Shown: positions 27,244-36,931 of the stretch, piece after piece
Numbering within the stretch: the stretch's first letter is position 1
How the letters are laid out: the number at the start of each line of letters is the position of its first letter
IMG/VR virus record: IMGVR_UViG_3300030095_006218
Origin: an uncultured virus (IMG/VR IMGVR_UViG_3300030095_006218)
Taxonomy: Duplodnaviria; Heunggongvirae; Uroviricota; Caudoviricetes
Reading direction: 5' to 3' (one strand)
DNA length: 64,000 nucleotides
Notes under the pieces: generated by a model
What the model saw: the letters and a program-made list of their open reading frames with translations, nothing else
Database searches by the model: none
Told to the model about the DNA's origin: nothing
Translations under genes and position numbers: made by a program

Positions 27244-27708
27244 TTATTTTCCTGTACTTCCTAGGGCTCCATCTTTACGATCTGAAATCGTAATCGGATA
27301 CCACTCATATAAATTGTCCCGGTCGGTTTCCAGCGCTCTAAAATGAACGACTGGAACCATGACAACTTGTGCTATCTTATCTCCGGGTTCAATGGTTTGT
27401 GGTGTTTTGCCAACATTGTGCAAATTAATAAACACCTCGCCATCATAGCCCGAATCAATGACGCATGCACCGACGAGCAAACTTTGTTTAGCTGCGACAC
27501 CGGAGCGGTTTTTAACCTCTAGCATGTATCCATGCGGTACGCCAAATTTAAGACCTGTTGATAAAATTTGACTTTCACCACTGCCGATTTCCACCGGCAA
27601 ATTTATGTCGTGATTGGGGCTATAATATACGTCCAGTCCAGCGTCACTTGGGTTGGATCGGGTTGGGGGGCGAGCATCATCATGCACGCGGTAATATTCA
27701 AGTATCAA
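27244..27708 (-). CDS. dut: dUTPase (trimeric)
   Basis: DAGLD, RSG, VIDSGYDGE, IAQ, RKDGALGSTG. Confidence 0.95.
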   Translation of the reverse strand: MILEYYRVHDDARPPTRSNPSDAGLDVYYSPNHDINLPVEIGSGESQILSTGLKFGVPHGYMLEVKNRSGVAAKQSLLVGACVIDSGYDGEVFINLHNVGKTPQTIEPGDKIAQVVMVPVVHFRALETDRDNLYEWYPITISDRKDGALGSTGK

Positions 27709-27724
27709 TTTTTTCTCCTTTATT

Positions 27725-28327
27725 TTAAGTGAGCTTATAACTCACATCAATTGAAATTTCATAATTTGGGACATACAGGTTGTTGATAATGTTATGCTTA
27801 AGGCAATCTTGCGCAGACAAGAACCAGTCTGCATGGCCTTTATCATGTACTATATCTAAGAAATAGTTGGGCCGTTTGCCGCAATTCTTCGCCATCATCT
27901 TATAAACAATCTTATTTAATCTTTCTGTCTCTTCTACTGAGGATTTAAGCTCTTCTATTTTCCCACGCTTCATTGATGACACGTCATGAATCATCATAGT
28001 TGCATGCGGGTCCATATACCTCATGCCATTTTCGCCAAACGTTGATAGTATCGCACCACAGGACATTGCTTTTCCTATAACAATTGTGGCAATAGGTTTA
28101 TCTGAGTTTTTGATATCACCTATCATCGACATCAAACTGTAGACCTGACCGCCGTACGAATCTATAACAATTGGAATTGTGTCCTGTCCCGAGTTGTGTG
28201 CTAATTCCATGTCTCGGGCGAAATCTCTAGCCGACTTTTCATCAAAACTGTTCACCCGAATGACAACCGGCATATGCCTTAGTTCGGACTCTTTTAGGTA
28301 CGGGCTTCTTTTTACGATGCGTTTCAT
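27725..28327 (-). CDS. clpP: second ClpP-like protease
   Basis: IDSYGGQVY, GKAMSCG (Ser), MMIHD (His), DWFLSA. Confidence 0.85.
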   Translation of the reverse strand: MKRIVKRSPYLKESELRHMPVVIRVNSFDEKSARDFARDMELAHNSGQDTIPIVIDSYGGQVYSLMSMIGDIKNSDKPIATIVIGKAMSCGAILSTFGENGMRYMDPHATMMIHDVSSMKRGKIEELKSSVEETERLNKIVYKMMAKNCGKRPNYFLDIVHDKGHADWFLSAQDCLKHNIINNLYVPNYEISIDVSYKLT

Positions 28328-28334
28328 ATATTCC

Positions 28335-31300
28335 TCATGCTAGCATTCTAAAGTTGTATTTAATTGATCTAGTTGAAAACCCCCATTGAGGATTGTAATC
28401 AAGCTTGGCCATGTAAGGCCTATTGATGTGCAACTGATCTTTGCCCGATCGTACACCCCAGCATCGAACTGTGGTTACCGTGCTTGTGTCGTCGATACAC
28501 TCTACAATCCAGTAATCTTTTCCATTGCGAGTTTTTCGTGCCACTATCTTGCGCGGAACAAACCAAACTAACTGCAGATCTTTGTCATACTGTGATATTG
28601 GTGGTATGTACATCTTTTCGAGTTTCTCTTTTATGCCGCCACCCATGACCAAATCAAACGGAAACACGCCTGTCAAGTCTACTAGATATTGTATCTTATC
28701 CTCTTCGGTAAAGTCTCCCTCTGGTGCGTATAGCTCAATGTTGTCTTCCAAGTTTTTCAATTTTCGTGGCCTATCAATTGCTATAGCGGACCAAAAATGT
28801 TTACCACCAGTAAACCTATCGTCTATCAAACTATCCAAAGTGCCGCTGCGTACCAAAACATCCAAAGCTTTCTTATTTAGTTTACTATAAACCATCCCCT
28901 CATTAAAGAGAAAATCTTCAATAATTTTGAATGGCCTGTTGTTCACAATTTGTTCGATGGCCGACTCACCCAGCCCCTTTATCGAAGTTAATGGTTGTAT
29001 CAAGGTTCCGCCGTCATCACCAATCTCCCAAACACGACCGGAAGTATTAATATCTAATGGCCTGATGTGGAATCCCATATTCTGTGCAATATTGATGGCC
29101 TTTTCTTTACGGCTCTCTGGCTCTTTGTCTAGAAAGGCCGCGGCCCATTCGGCAGAATAATAGTGCATTAGCCACGCACATTGATATGACAGTATCGAGT
29201 ACGATACCGCGTGAGATTTGTTGAAACCGTAACCGGAAAAGTATTCAAACCTGTCCCACAACTTTTGAGCATCTACACGGTGCATACCCTTTTCAACACA
29301 GCCGAGCATAAACTTATCATAAATCTTAGCTTTTTCTTTAGCTGTCTTACCGGTGCCTTTTTTAGTTAAAAGTTTGCGAAGCTTGTTGCCCTCATCCAGA
29401 GACAAATCTTTACCAAGCTTGTGTGCCAACAAGGCGATCTGCTCTTGGAAGATAAGGAACCCGTAAGTTTCTTCGGTAACCTGCCTTGTTTCATCATTAA
29501 AATATTTGATATATTGCGGGCTTTCCTTCGCTTCGATAAACTGTTTATCGACATCGGCACTGAGCGGGCCGGGCCTGTAAATGGATGTAATAGCTGCAAT
29601 ATCAATTAGGCTCGTCGGCTTAACTTCTTTACAAAAACTTTGAGCACCGGACTCTGTAAACTGAAATATTCCAACCCATTTGCCTTTGTGAAATATATTC
29701 TTGTAAACCTCCTGATCATCAAAATCAATCTGATCGGGGTGAATGCTCTCATCATAAAACTTTTTGACGTCCTGAAAGGTTGGCTCTGCAATATTATGAT
29801 GTCTTTTAAGGATATGCCTAATCGCGCCGTCAATCATCCTAAGTGTGCTTAAGCCAAGCAAATCAAATTTAATAAAACCCATTGGCTCTAGTTGACGTAC
29901 GTTCTGCCCTTCGCTCCATGGGGCCTGCCTGATCCCCTTGCTATTGATTAGCGGCATATACTCATCTAACCTCTCGCCAATAACTACGCCGCCGGCATGT
30001 CGAGAACAAGATCGGACTTGTCCGTGCAGAATATCAATATGATCTGCAATCTGTGGATGCTTAGACAAGAATGATTGGAGAGAGCTGCTAAACTCCTTCA
30101 CTTCCTCAAAGGTCGGTACATAAACGCCCGCCTTGATGCCATGCTTTTTCTTGGCTAGCGGCGTAGCTTCAAATAGCATCTTGCCAGTGACTTGATTAAC
30201 CTCGGTAAATTCCACACCATACAGCTTGGAAATATCTTTAATGAGAGAGCGAAGTTGCAACGTGTTCCAGTTAGAGATTGGCACAACTTTATCATCGCCC
30301 CACTCATCAATCAACAGTTCTTTAAGTTCCATCGGCTCTGCGACGTCATAATCGATATCTGGATAGTCTTTAGCGTCGGCACGGAGAAATCTTGAGAACA
30401 ACAGCCCATATTTGATGGGATCCACTTGAGTGATTCCAAGTACATAGGCCACCAAGGAGCCGGCGGCCGAGCCGCGGCCGGGACCTGATAACATCACTTC
30501 ATTTGTTTTGTCACATATCGCCTTCATGGTTAAGAAATACTTGTTAAACCCTCTGTCGTTAATCACGTGAAGCTCTTGCTTGAGTCTTTGTACGTATTCA
30601 TCATTGTTATGCAAATTAAGATTCTTAAGCCCTTCAATGCTAATTTTGGCTAGCGCCTGTGTATCGGTCATGCCGGCTGGAACAACAAAGTCGGGCAACC
30701 TAACCTCATTGTCCGGAAAGAAGGATTCAATTCTGTCGTGTGCAATGTGATATGTCTCTGTAATTGAATCTAATATCAGGTCGTCATCGTAATCGGCATT
30801 GCATTCGGCAGCATAATGTTTGTAACTATCCCACATCTGTTCGCCATTTTTAGGATAAAGCTCATACCCAATCTCTTCAACCGAAATTGGTAGTTCGTTG
30901 CTTTCGTATCCCGGCTTAGATTTTCCAAGCCAGCCAAGCCTCTTATATAGTTCACGGTCCTTCCATGCATCAGGGTTAGGATAGTGGCTATCCGCAGTTG
31001 ATATAAGTTTCATGCCATATTCTTGATGCATTTGTATGATCAGTTTGTTTAGCGTATGCTGGTGCGGGACGTTGTTCCACTGCAACTCTCCGTACCACCT
31101 GTCTCCAAATATGCTCATCATGCTTTCAGTAGTCTCTCGCATTGCAACGGTGGCGCCTTCAATATCCACTTCCACAAACTTGCCATCTTCATCATACGAA
31201 CAGTTCTGCCAATAATTGCCGGCATAAACACCACCCAAACAGGCAGAAGCGGCAATTAAACCCTCGTTGTATTTTTCCAAAAGAGCATAATCAATTCGCG

Positions 31301-31793
31301 GATAACGATAATAGTTTTCCGGCTTGTAGCTTTCTGATATAAGTTTAAAGATGTTGTTTAACCCAACTTGGTTTTGTGCCAGTATGATCATGTGCGAGCG
31401 ACGTCTGATAATATCATTCACAGAGCGCTTGCTAGCGGCCTCATCCTCAATGGTTGTACCCGATTGTTCATCGGACAATGAACGAGCACGCTTTTTATCC
31501 TCTTTGGCCTTTTCGTACTCCTGACGCCAACTTTCGATAGAAGGTAGAAAATATGCCTCTACTCCATACACAGGCTTAAAGTCGCGACCTTCTTCTTGCA
31601 TTTTCTTTGCATGCAGCACTTGGTAGGCGAGACCATTCATGTTTCCATGATCTGTCAATGCCAGTGCGTCGTTGCCGTTTTCATAAGCATAGTCCATATG
31701 ATCTTGTGGGTATCCCAAAGCATCAAAAATCGAACCTGCTACGCTGTGTGCATGTAAGCCCACAAAATTAATTTTAGATTGTTTTCTATTCAT
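28335..31793 (-). CDS. dnaE: DNA polymerase III alpha subunit (family C) with intact PHP domain
   Basis: LHAHS, TDHG, GVEAY, ADSHY (PHP); GPGRGSAAGSLVAY, PDIDYD, HAGGVV, KFDLLGL, YGFNKSH; start re-placed to MNRKQ. Confidence 0.96.
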   Translation of the reverse strand: MNRKQSKINFVGLHAHSVAGSIFDALGYPQDHMDYAYENGNDALALTDHGNMNGLAYQVLHAKKMQEEGRDFKPVYGVEAYFLPSIESWRQEYEKAKEDKKRARSLSDEQSGTTIEDEAASKRSVNDIIRRRSHMIILAQNQVGLNNIFKLISESYKPENYYRYPRIDYALLEKYNEGLIAASACLGGVYAGNYWQNCSYDEDGKFVEVDIEGATVAMRETTESMMSIFGDRWYGELQWNNVPHQHTLNKLIIQMHQEYGMKLISTADSHYPNPDAWKDRELYKRLGWLGKSKPGYESNELPISVEEIGYELYPKNGEQMWDSYKHYAAECNADYDDDLILDSITETYHIAHDRIESFFPDNEVRLPDFVVPAGMTDTQALAKISIEGLKNLNLHNNDEYVQRLKQELHVINDRGFNKYFLTMKAICDKTNEVMLSGPGRGSAAGSLVAYVLGITQVDPIKYGLLFSRFLRADAKDYPDIDYDVAEPMELKELLIDEWGDDKVVPISNWNTLQLRSLIKDISKLYGVEFTEVNQVTGKMLFEATPLAKKKHGIKAGVYVPTFEEVKEFSSSLQSFLSKHPQIADHIDILHGQVRSCSRHAGGVVIGERLDEYMPLINSKGIRQAPWSEGQNVRQLEPMGFIKFDLLGLSTLRMIDGAIRHILKRHHNIAEPTFQDVKKFYDESIHPDQIDFDDQEVYKNIFHKGKWVGIFQFTESGAQSFCKEVKPTSLIDIAAITSIYRPGPLSADVDKQFIEAKESPQYIKYFNDETRQVTEETYGFLIFQEQIALLAHKLGKDLSLDEGNKLRKLLTKKGTGKTAKEKAKIYDKFMLGCVEKGMHRVDAQKLWDRFEYFSGYGFNKSHAVSYSILSYQCAWLMHYYSAEWAAAFLDKEPESRKEKAINIAQNMGFHIRPLDINTSGRVWEIGDDGGTLIQPLTSIKGLGESAIEQIVNNRPFKIIEDFLFNEGMVYSKLNKKALDVLVRSGTLDSLIDDRFTGGKHFWSAIAIDRPRKLKNLEDNIELYAPEGDFTEEDKIQYLVDLTGVFPFDLVMGGGIKEKLEKMYIPPISQYDKDLQLVWFVPRKIVARKTRNGKDYWIVECIDDTSTVTTVRCWGVRSGKDQLHINRPYMAKLDYNPQWGFSTRSIKYNFRMLA

Positions 31794-31830
31794 TTTTTTA
31801 CCTATAGTATAAATCGAGACAGTCCATGCT

Positions 31831-32736
31831 CTATTCCTCGTCCTGTCCAATTTGGTTCCACTCGCCGTAAGATAGCAATTTCTTATTTGGCCGAGTGAAT
31901 GTGTTTCTTTCGTTAGAGCCTATAAATTCACAATACTTGTCCCAACTGCCTATGTTGTAGTACCACGGAATATCAATAACTCTATCTTCTTCTATTATAC
32001 CACAATTAAAAACTGTGTCAAGGGAAAAGTGGCGTGCAGAGTAACGTTTTTCTACAGGCAGCTTCTCTATGGAATGTGTTGTTGAATCAGCGGTCGGCAT
32101 ATATATTCCTGTGCTTTTTTCCCTTACGTTGTTTCGAAATTTCTTAGCACCGTCTGAATCAAATGTAAACCCCAAATATTCTCCGTCTCGGACTGTCCTG
32201 CCATCACACCTTAGATAGAATGATGAAGCGCTAGAAATTTCTTTTCGATAGCCTCTGACAAACTCCGGAGCGTATACGCCGTATGGAAATGACACGTAGT
32301 AGCGATGTGGCGCAACCCACCTACTGAGTCCATTGCTGACTTTAAACGCCGTCAGGGCACCGTGGAGGACGCTCCAGCCCAAGCAATCACGCTTATCTCT
32401 GTCTCTGGGGTGTACCGGTGAGTAAAATATTGGAATAGCCTTTCGCGATTCCGAAGGAAACTGATCGAGTCGCCGGTTGCAATAAACAGGATCTTGTATG
32501 TATTCGCCAAGTCGGTGTCTGATTAGTGGACTAACATCATCGTTACAAATAATCCATATGGTCTGGCATCCAGCATACGCACACTCTACAACAGATCTTT
32601 CAATAGCTGTGTAGTCTGGGGCAATCGGCATTAAGCAATCGGACCAGTCAAATTTAAAGTCCAGCGGTTGGCCGGCTACAGGGATAATTCCAGCAACGTG
32701 TCGCTGAGTTATCGTATCTGTTGAATCAGTCTCCAT
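31831..32736 (-). CDS. sugar-nucleotidyltransferase-like (GT-A/NTP_transferase fold) protein
   Basis: N-terminal GIIPVAG...LMPI...IERSVVECAYAGCQTIWII resembles the NTP_transferase N-terminus. Confidence 0.55.
   Translation of the reverse strand: METDSTDTITQRHVAGIIPVAGQPLDFKFDWSDCLMPIAPDYTAIERSVVECAYAGCQTIWIICNDDVSPLIRHRLGEYIQDPVYCNRRLDQFPSESRKAIPIFYSPVHPRDRDKRDCLGWSVLHGALTAFKVSNGLSRWVAPHRYYVSFPYGVYAPEFVRGYRKEISSASSFYLRCDGRTVRDGEYLGFTFDSDGAKKFRNNVREKSTGIYMPTADSTTHSIEKLPVEKRYSARHFSLDTVFNCGIIEEDRVIDIPWYYNIGSWDKYCEFIGSNERNTFTRPNKKLLSYGEWNQIGQDEE
31994..32021 (-). promoter_or_regulatory. internal sigma70-type promoter upstream of dnaE
   Basis: TTGACA, 16 bp, TATAAT with extended TG, inside the upstream CDS. 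Confidence 0.55.
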
Positions 32737-33602
32737 AGGTATCCATTGGGGCCTGCAGTTTCTGGCAGCAGGTTGTATTTGTTATCACTAGCGATAGTAA
32801 TGTTAGGATGATCACTGTCAGATAATTTTACAATCGGTATTACTTGGCGGCGGCTTGGCTCTATCTTTATGCTTGTATGTTTCACATTGCCCGTTTTTGA
32901 GCATTTTCCATTTTTGGCGCCGCGGATACCACTGTCACTCATTATCTGAGCAACTTTATATTTAACGTATGTGTCTGAATATTCATAACTGTCGAGTTGT
33001 TCGGCAGTCAAATATGATACGGCTGCAGCATCTTTGCGGCCCTTCCCGAAAACTCGACTGGAATCGTAGAAATAAATCCGACTTACAAAATCATCCTTAG
33101 TTTTAATAAAGTCGTATTCATGCTTTGTACCAGACTTAACGTTTATCCAGTCGATTACTTTATATCTAAGTATCTCTTCCGGAGTATGCGTAAATCCTTG
33201 TAAATTTTCTTTATCAAAAACAATCAATTCGTTAAATTTAAATTTTACTACTCGCGCGCGTTCTGTCGCTATGCTTAAAATATTATCATCACCAACGCTG
33301 ATGCTGGTAGCCCGAGAAGAAAGCGGTAATAAGCCGGCTAGCGACATAACAAATGATAACTTCTGCCAGACTTGCGCCTTGGGGTTGCCGACTATTTCCT
33401 TGCCATCAGGCGAGGTTAAAACTGTTTCTCGGGATGTAATACCAAATTTTTCTAGGTTATCAGTCGGCTCATAGTGTTCAAAAATAAGTGGAGGCGATGG
33501 TTTACAAAAAATTGCAGGCACTTGCTTATTATAAGCATAGGCAAGTGCCGACATAGTTCCTCCAATTACAATTTTATCATATTCATAAATATGATTTTTC
33601 AT
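32709..33602 (-). CDS. hypothetical protein with Rossmann-like N-terminus
   Basis: YDKIVIGGTMSALAYA resembles a degenerate dinucleotide-binding beta-alpha start. Confidence 0.6.
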   Translation of the reverse strand: MKNHIYEYDKIVIGGTMSALAYAYNKQVPAIFCKPSPPLIFEHYEPTDNLEKFGITSRETVLTSPDGKEIVGNPKAQVWQKLSFVMSLAGLLPLSSRATSISVGDDNILSIATERARVVKFKFNELIVFDKENLQGFTHTPEEILRYKVIDWINVKSGTKHEYDFIKTKDDFVSRIYFYDSSRVFGKGRKDAAAVSYLTAEQLDSYEYSDTYVKYKVAQIMSDSGIRGAKNGKCSKTGNVKHTSIKIEPSRRQVIPIVKLSDSDHPNITIASDNKYNLLPETAGPNGYLWRLIQQIR

Positions 33603-33907
33603 GCAGAGTCAATTGCACTAATTAGGTCTGCCTCTGATCGTATCCCAACCATAGTGTTGACAACTTGTCCATCCTTCATAATAAGAATCTTAGGAATTCC
33701 CGAGACTCCAAATCGACGGGCCAGCCCTCGTTCTCGGTCAACATCAACTTTTAAGATATTAACGCGATCTCCAACCTTTGAGTCTACATTGGACAATATT
33801 TCTGCCAGTGTTCTGCAGGGGCCGCACCAATCTGCATAAAAGTCTATTAACACTACTCCGCTTTTTGTTGCGGCAGCAAATTCAGCTTCGTTAATTTTTC
33901 GAATCAT
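33599..33907 (-). CDS. trxA: thioredoxin
   Basis: DFYADWCGPC, KVDVD, GIP. Confidence 0.93.
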   Translation of the reverse strand: MIRKINEAEFAAATKSGVVLIDFYADWCGPCRTLAEILSNVDSKVGDRVNILKVDVDRERGLARRFGVSGIPKILIMKDGQVVNTMVGIRSEADLISAIDSA

Positions 33908-33917
33908 TATTTCTCCT

Positions 33918-34220
33918 TTATCTTTCAATAGATCCTAAAACATAATTTTCTTGTATAATGTGAAAGATCTCACCAGCATGGGTAATTTCTTTTACCATCG
34001 ACCTTTCGACAATTATAGTATTGCCACGACTAAAATACGGCGCCTCGTCTGAAAACTGGGCACAATCGCGCGCACAACTATTAATCTTGGCGGCAGAATA
34101 CTGTTCTTCCAACGGTCTGTAGTCTTGTGGCAACAAAATATCTGACGATATGTTGTCTTCTTTTTTTTCTTTAATTTGTAGCGTAATCGCCAAATGTCTG
34201 TTAACTGGATTAAATCTCAT
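33918..34220 (-). CDS. groES: GroES-like co-chaperonin (divergent)
   Basis: 100 aa MRFNPVNRHLAI...ILLP...GNTIIV...IIQENYVLG matches the cpn10 pattern; GroEL is in the same window. Confidence 0.7.
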   Translation of the reverse strand: MRFNPVNRHLAITLQIKEKKEDNISSDILLPQDYRPLEEQYSAAKINSCARDCAQFSDEAPYFSRGNTIIVERSMVKEITHAGEIFHIIQENYVLGSIER

Positions 34221-34450
34221 AAACAGCCTGTCTCCTTTTCTATTTGCTTAAGTAAAACTTTTTCGTGAACTTGATATTGGTCTAGTGTCATAAATTCGTG
34301 TGTTCTTTTACCGCACCTTTTGCAGACAAAGTAAACGCCCACATTTCTTGCGGCGCTAGATTGTACATTTAAAGGCACCCAATAATGTTCTTTTTTGCCC
34401 TCACACTTATCTAGTTGATCGGCTTTGGGCACAAGATGATTGAATTTCAT
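34217..34450 (-). CDS. small hypothetical Zn-binding protein
   Basis: C...HYW...CKRC; AGGAG RBS. Confidence 0.7.
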   Translation of the reverse strand: MKFNHLVPKADQLDKCEGKKEHYWVPLNVQSSAARNVGVYFVCKRCGKRTHEFMTLDQYQVHEKVLLKQIEKETGCL

Positions 34451-34473
34451 ATCTGTAATTCTCCTGAACTACT

Positions 34474-34502
34474 AATATAACATCTTTTATAGGTTTTGTC
34501 AA
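34474..34502 (-). promoter_or_regulatory. sigma70-type promoter
   Basis: TTGACA, 17 bp, TATATT. Confidence 0.75.
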
Positions 34503-36931
34503 CCACATTTTGAAAAACCGCACTGTTTGCAGGTTACGCATCCTTCAACATAAATTAGTGCGTTTTCCGCATTACATTGTGGACATGCATCTTCCGTGGG
34601 CACTGTGCCATCGATAATATAACTTTTAAGAACGCGGGAAACGCACTTTGCAAAACTAAACATGTCACTATCCCTGTCCTTCTGGAGTTGCTCAACTACA
34701 TACTGAATATTAGCGCCATGACGGAGACCCAGTGAAATCATCCTAGTAAACGCGGAATGGTTCGCATTGTCAAATACCTTGACCAAATCCTTAATAATGA
34801 TTTCATCGCCATTTGTACCAACCTTTAAGTCATATCTTGAGTTCACAGATTTGCGCGGGTGTTTAACCAAAATTCCTTCAGTATACTTTTTAGAAATTTC
34901 TACCAGATTTGCTTTACCACCCATTGTTTCATATGGTTTACCATCCAAGATTCCCACAAGAATAATCCATTTTTCACCCTGAATTGTTGCATGGTGTATT
35001 TTGCATGGCAGTTCTATGGGGCGCTTGGGTGCGGCATGTTGTGGGAAATCGCCGGTCGGAGCTTCTTGCTCTTCTTTGGCGGCGACCAAAACTCCGGAGC
35101 GAGAACCCTCTACATATACAGTAATTCCTTTAAGGCCCTCTTCCCAGCCTTTAAGGTATAGTTCGCCTACAACTTCTGGCGGGGTGTCTTTCGGCAAGTT
35201 GATGGTTGAACTTATAGAGTGATCAATGTGTTGCTGAATAGCGGCTTGAATTGCAACTCTCTTTTGCCAATCGATTTGATCTGATTCAACAAAAAAGTCT
35301 GGTATTTTGTCAACTTTGTATTTTTTAAGGTACTGCTGTACATTGTGGTGGAACACTTTGTATTCCACCCACTTATCGCCCAGATCGTCTATAAAGTCGC
35401 ACTCTGCGTCCTGCTCATTGTGTGAAAGCTTTCGCCGGCGCATATAATAGTTGCGGAATACCGGCTCAAGCCCAGATGAAGTCTGTGACATGATTGATAC
35501 TGAGCCGGTGGGTGCATTTGTCAGGATTGAAATGTTTCTTCTACCATGCTTTTTGATTTGTTCTTGCAACTCTTCCGGTAGACGCTTAATAAACTCATTA
35601 TCTTTCTCTACATCCCAATCATGTATTTCAAAAGCGCCGCGTTCCTTGGCTAAATTAACACTCTCTGTGTATGCGGCAATCTTAAAGGTCTCATAGATTT
35701 TTTCTATAATCTTAACACTCTTATCAGAATCATATGCCAAGCCTAGACACGCAATTGCGTCCGCCAATCCGTGTGTTCCCAATCCCGTTCTTCTTCCCGT
35801 CTCGCATGCTATACTTAATTTCTCCCACATAAACTCTTCATCATCCGAATCTGTAACTTGCACAATGTTCTGTAATTTTTCGATTTCTAACTCTACCAAG
35901 TCATCTGACAGTCTCATGCCGGAAGCGACAACCTTTGAAAAATGCTCAAAATCAAATTTAGCCCTTTTGCCAAATGGGCTTTTTACGAAGTTCTTTAAAT
36001 TTATAGATATAAGTCGGCAACTGTCATATTCAGAAAGCGGAATCTCACCACACGGATTTGTACAAACTGTACCAAACCCCCAAGATTCGTATGCTTCGGC
36101 CGGAAGGTTGTTTTTAATGTTGTCCCACATAAGAAGGCCCGGTTCGGCGGTTTTGGTAGCCGAATTAACAATCGAATTCCAAACCTCTCTCGCTTTAACA
36201 GACTTTGTATAACGAGGATTATCTGAGCCTACGGGAAAATGTAATGTATAATCCTGATCGTCTCGCACTGCTTCCATAAAATCATCAGTAATTTTTACAG
36301 AAACGTTTGCGCCGGTAACTTTGGTTAGATCGTTTTTCATTGTAATAAATTTTTCTACGTCAGGGTGTCTAATATCAATGGAGATCATTAGTGCGCCACG
36401 ACGACCATTTTGGCCGACCATTCTGCAGACATATGAATAAAAATCTGCAAATGACCATGCGCCGGTTGTGGTGCGCGCGGAATTGTTGACCGGCGAGTTT
36501 TCCGGACGCAAATTGGATATATCTATACCAACACCGCACCGGCGCTTGAATAGGTTGGCAAGCTCTTTTCCCGATTCGATAATTGAAGACATGTCGTCCT
36601 TTGGCGATGCAACTACAACACAATTAGAAAGAGAAACATTAATGTAGTCGTTGCCAATTCCCATCATTGGCGAGCCCTGTGGCACTATCCATTTAAAATC
36701 ATCAAAAAGATTATATATCTGATCATACTCTAGCTTGTTGTCTCCGCCAAACTTTTCTTCGATTCTGGTGAATTCGAGTGCCATGCGCTTGTGCATATGT
36801 CTCGGGTTTGATTCAACAAACTCGCCCTTTTTGTTTCTCATGCAATACTTTGTCATAAAGACATTGGTGGCTAATTCATCACCGTTAAAATATTCTAATG
36901 TTGCCTTACGGACTTCCTCATCTTTAAACAT
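34499..36931 (-). CDS. nrdJ: ribonucleotide reductase, class II (adenosylcobalamin-dependent)
   Basis: SNCVV, GRRGA, TNPCGEIPL, RRTGLG, APTGSVS, SSTINLP, C-terminal Cys ribbon; no beta-subunit gene adjacent. Confidence 0.88.
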   Translation of the reverse strand: MFKDEEVRKATLEYFNGDELATNVFMTKYCMRNKKGEFVESNPRHMHKRMALEFTRIEEKFGGDNKLEYDQIYNLFDDFKWIVPQGSPMMGIGNDYINVSLSNCVVVASPKDDMSSIIESGKELANLFKRRCGVGIDISNLRPENSPVNNSARTTTGAWSFADFYSYVCRMVGQNGRRGALMISIDIRHPDVEKFITMKNDLTKVTGANVSVKITDDFMEAVRDDQDYTLHFPVGSDNPRYTKSVKAREVWNSIVNSATKTAEPGLLMWDNIKNNLPAEAYESWGFGTVCTNPCGEIPLSEYDSCRLISINLKNFVKSPFGKRAKFDFEHFSKVVASGMRLSDDLVELEIEKLQNIVQVTDSDDEEFMWEKLSIACETGRRTGLGTHGLADAIACLGLAYDSDKSVKIIEKIYETFKIAAYTESVNLAKERGAFEIHDWDVEKDNEFIKRLPEELQEQIKKHGRRNISILTNAPTGSVSIMSQTSSGLEPVFRNYYMRRRKLSHNEQDAECDFIDDLGDKWVEYKVFHHNVQQYLKKYKVDKIPDFFVESDQIDWQKRVAIQAAIQQHIDHSISSTINLPKDTPPEVVGELYLKGWEEGLKGITVYVEGSRSGVLVAAKEEQEAPTGDFPQHAAPKRPIELPCKIHHATIQGEKWIILVGILDGKPYETMGGKANLVEISKKYTEGILVKHPRKSVNSRYDLKVGTNGDEIIIKDLVKVFDNANHSAFTRMISLGLRHGANIQYVVEQLQKDRDSDMFSFAKCVSRVLKSYIIDGTVPTEDACPQCNAENALIYVEGCVTCKQCGFSKCG

